Under the pieces are notes generated by a model that saw only the letters and a list, made by a program, of their open reading frames with translations, searched no databases and was not told the DNA's origin. From Octopus sinensis (Eukaryota), in NCBI RefSeq assembly GCF_006345805.1, contig NW_021827267.1:1-10924 (forward strand): 10,924 bases of DNA, in the 5' to 3' direction. The translations under genes were made by a program, and so were the position numbers. Positions 8,736 through 10,924 of this stretch are shown piece by piece; the first letter of the stretch is position 1, and every line of letters starts with the position of its first letter.

Positions 8736-9990
8736 AACCCTAATGGGAGCCTTAACACCCAAATTTTAGTCATTTCTTTTTTGATCCAAAACTAGGTCAA
8801 AAGTACTGAATGGATCTTTATGAAATTTGGAAAGTATATTCTATGCATAAGGGCCATAACCCCCATGACAATTCTTATATTTTTGCTGTTGAGGAAATTT
8901 TAACCATAGATATTAGACACAAATGAAGTAATATTTATAAAATTTCGTCTTCTTACAAGTTATAAAGACCCCTCCATGGGGACTTAACACCCACAATTTT
9001 GTCATTTTATCATAGCAAAAACGAATACAGTTACCCGAGCATTATTTCTAATTCAATGGTACAACAATGTAACAGTTTGCTTTGACATACACTTACATTG
9101 TGATTTCTGCAATGTGCTGCATAAATTGTCAAGTAAATGAGAGGCATCTTTGCCTCCACTGATTCAGTTGCAAAGTTATTTGATTGCAGACCTCCTTTCA
9201 GTCTTTTTATTATCACTGGGTCACACATAGTCTCCAGATGGTAACATTGATTTCAAGGCCTTCCCAGATGAGTGACTGGTTATTCAAAGACATTTATAGA
9301 TTGTAAATTTATTCTGTCCAGTTACATATCAGTATAGTGGTCATTTGCAAACTCCAACTTTCATTTCTCCTTAGCCCTCACGTCAGACAGTTGTTAATGT
9401 TTATTTCAGTTGGGTTACGCCCTTCCAATTGCTATAAATTTGTAATGCATCTTACTGCTGTGCCTGTCACCTGGATGGTGAGGAATCCTACATTGGGAGT
9501 GCTAACGACTAGGGTACTGTAGTTGACTGCTTATTGTGATCATTCGTCTTTTGGTTTCCTGTAGCTTTGCTCTCTTTTACAAACCCAGTGAACATATATT
9601 TCCTATTTATAAGAAATTCAAACAATAGATATAAGACCCAAGTAAAAAAGAGTCCCAACAATTCAACTTATCTGGTTGATATTAAGATGCCCACCCCCAA
9701 CAGGGGCCTTAACTCTCACATTTTAGAGCTCTATGACCTTCACTTTTCAGGAGCAAAATCTTTTTAACAGGTTCAATAAAACTGGAATTTCGGAATATGC
9801 GCATAAAAATCACTAATATGGGATATATGTGGCACGATTGCAATTTTTTTTTGGGGGGGGGAGGCTAAAGAGGGAAATAACCCTCATTTGCAATTTTGAT
9901 GAAATTCGAAACAGATATTCCAGTTCATTAGAGAAAATATAACAGAAAAGTCTAATTCTTCAATTGTATGTAACACGAGCAACGCCGGGT
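8736..9990 (+). mobile_element. Possible non-autonomous Helitron-like element or fragments
   Basis: Ends in acacgagcaacgccgggt (9973-9990), one mismatch from the acccg-agcaacgc-cgggt hairpin I recall for invertebrate Helitron 3' ends; the CTAG terminus is not seen. Three internal copies of a ccc-N4/5-ggg..cttaac.c.ca..tttt module (8745, 8978, 9703). Confidence 0.4.
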
Positions 9991-10107
9991 ATCTCATATA
10001 TATATATGCACACATCTATATATAATATATATATATATATATATGCAATACAAATGTATTACTTTCCAGTAAAGGATAGCCCCATAAGGGTAAAATTATA
10101 CATATAA

Positions 10108-10577
10108 AAGTAGATAAATGGTACAACAAGGCACCAATATTTACTGGAAAATAGCAATCGATATAAATACGACGCTATTGTATAGCTTCACTGCGTATAT
10201 ACAAGCAAAGACGTGTGTGTGCAACAAACATGAAAAAAGTTTGTCTTACCTCTAGGAAGAACATTCGATAGATGGACAACCTAGAATCGGATAATGCAGG
10301 ACCGGTTTCTAACACTTCAAATACATTTGACAACGTAAATTTGATTAGTCTTCATCAGCTGCATTTACCTAGACAAAATTTCAAATGTTGCCACATCAAT
10401 GCCAGTACACTCGTCTGAAAGCCAAAACGTTTAACAGAACGAGAACAGTGAAGAACTTTCAATGAAAATAGTAATGCAATACAAATGTATTACTTTCCAG
10501 TAAAGGATAGCGACGTATTTATATCGATTGCTATTTTCCAGTAAATATTGGTGCCTTGTTGTACAATTTATCTACTT
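10108..10577. repeat. 71-bp inverted repeats (69/71 identical) flanking 328 bp; MITE-like
   Basis: 10108-10178 is the reverse complement of 10507-10577 with 2 mismatches. A perfect 38-bp direct repeat lies at 10043-10080 and 10474-10511. Confidence 0.9.
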
Positions 10578-10623
10578 ATATATATATATATACATATACA
10601 TTGTATATGTATTTGCACACGTA

Positions 10624-10736
<113 letters not shown>

Positions 10737-10924
10737 GAGCCACTACTGCGGAAGCTGGCGACTCTAAGGGCATCCGCGAGAATTGGGATGCGGGACGAGC
10801 GTGTCTGCATACGCGGACGACGTCACCGTCATAGTGTCTAGCCACGAGCACATCGAGCTGGTCGGCGAGACACTGAAAAACTACGAAGCGGTGACAGGAG
10901 CGAAAATCAACCGGAAAAGTCAGT
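10737..10924 (+). mobile_element. L1/Tx1-type LINE reverse-transcriptase fragment, running off the window
   Basis: EPLLRKL (from 10737), a frameshift near 10770, then VSAYADDVTVIVSSHEHIELVGETLKNYEAVTGAKINR (YADD at 10810-10821). The ..EPLL, YADD and GAKIN..KS series is typical of L1/Tx1 RT domains 4-6. Confidence 0.85.

Noticed and set aside
9410-9477. Possible plus-strand 68-nt exon (tttatttcag ... atg/gtgagg) and ORFs 9031-9228 and 9337-9522
   Set aside because: Splice-like motifs are common by chance in AT-rich DNA, and the peptides have no recognisable homology.
10250-10414. 165-nt minus-strand exon-like segment with a good acceptor (ttttggctttcag) and donor (ag/gtaaga)
   Set aside because: Stop codons occur in all three frames; no support for a coding exon.

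Overview
AT-rich, microsatellite-dense eukaryotic intergenic or intronic DNA. The repeat content looks cephalopod (octopus-like), which is an inference. No intact host gene is supported, and most ORFs in the track are translations of (TA)n, (TAT)n or (TATC)n repeats. Three decayed reverse-transcriptase lineages are recognisable. (1) A Mag-type Ty3/Gypsy gag-pol remnant on the minus strand (~4150-6470): CCHC knuckle, DSG protease, RT, RNase H and integrase HHCC, with no integrase core and no LTR. (2) An RTE-clade LINE on the plus strand (~7016-8318) with its 3' end, preceded by a ~170-nt run of seven hairpins. (3) An L1/Tx1-type RT fragment with an intact YADD motif that runs off the right edge. 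There are also Helitron/Helentron-like and SINE-like non-autonomous remnants, a ~165-bp direct repeat with an 848-bp period, and a ~535-bp direct/inverted repeat structure (A-B-x-A-B'). The best find is non-coding: a type I hammerhead ribozyme on the minus strand (3635-3760). It has a complete catalytic core, a 10-bp stem II closing a 77-nt loop, and the palindromic stem III typical of dimer-cleaving Penelope-type hammerheads, yet no Penelope ORF lies in the window.
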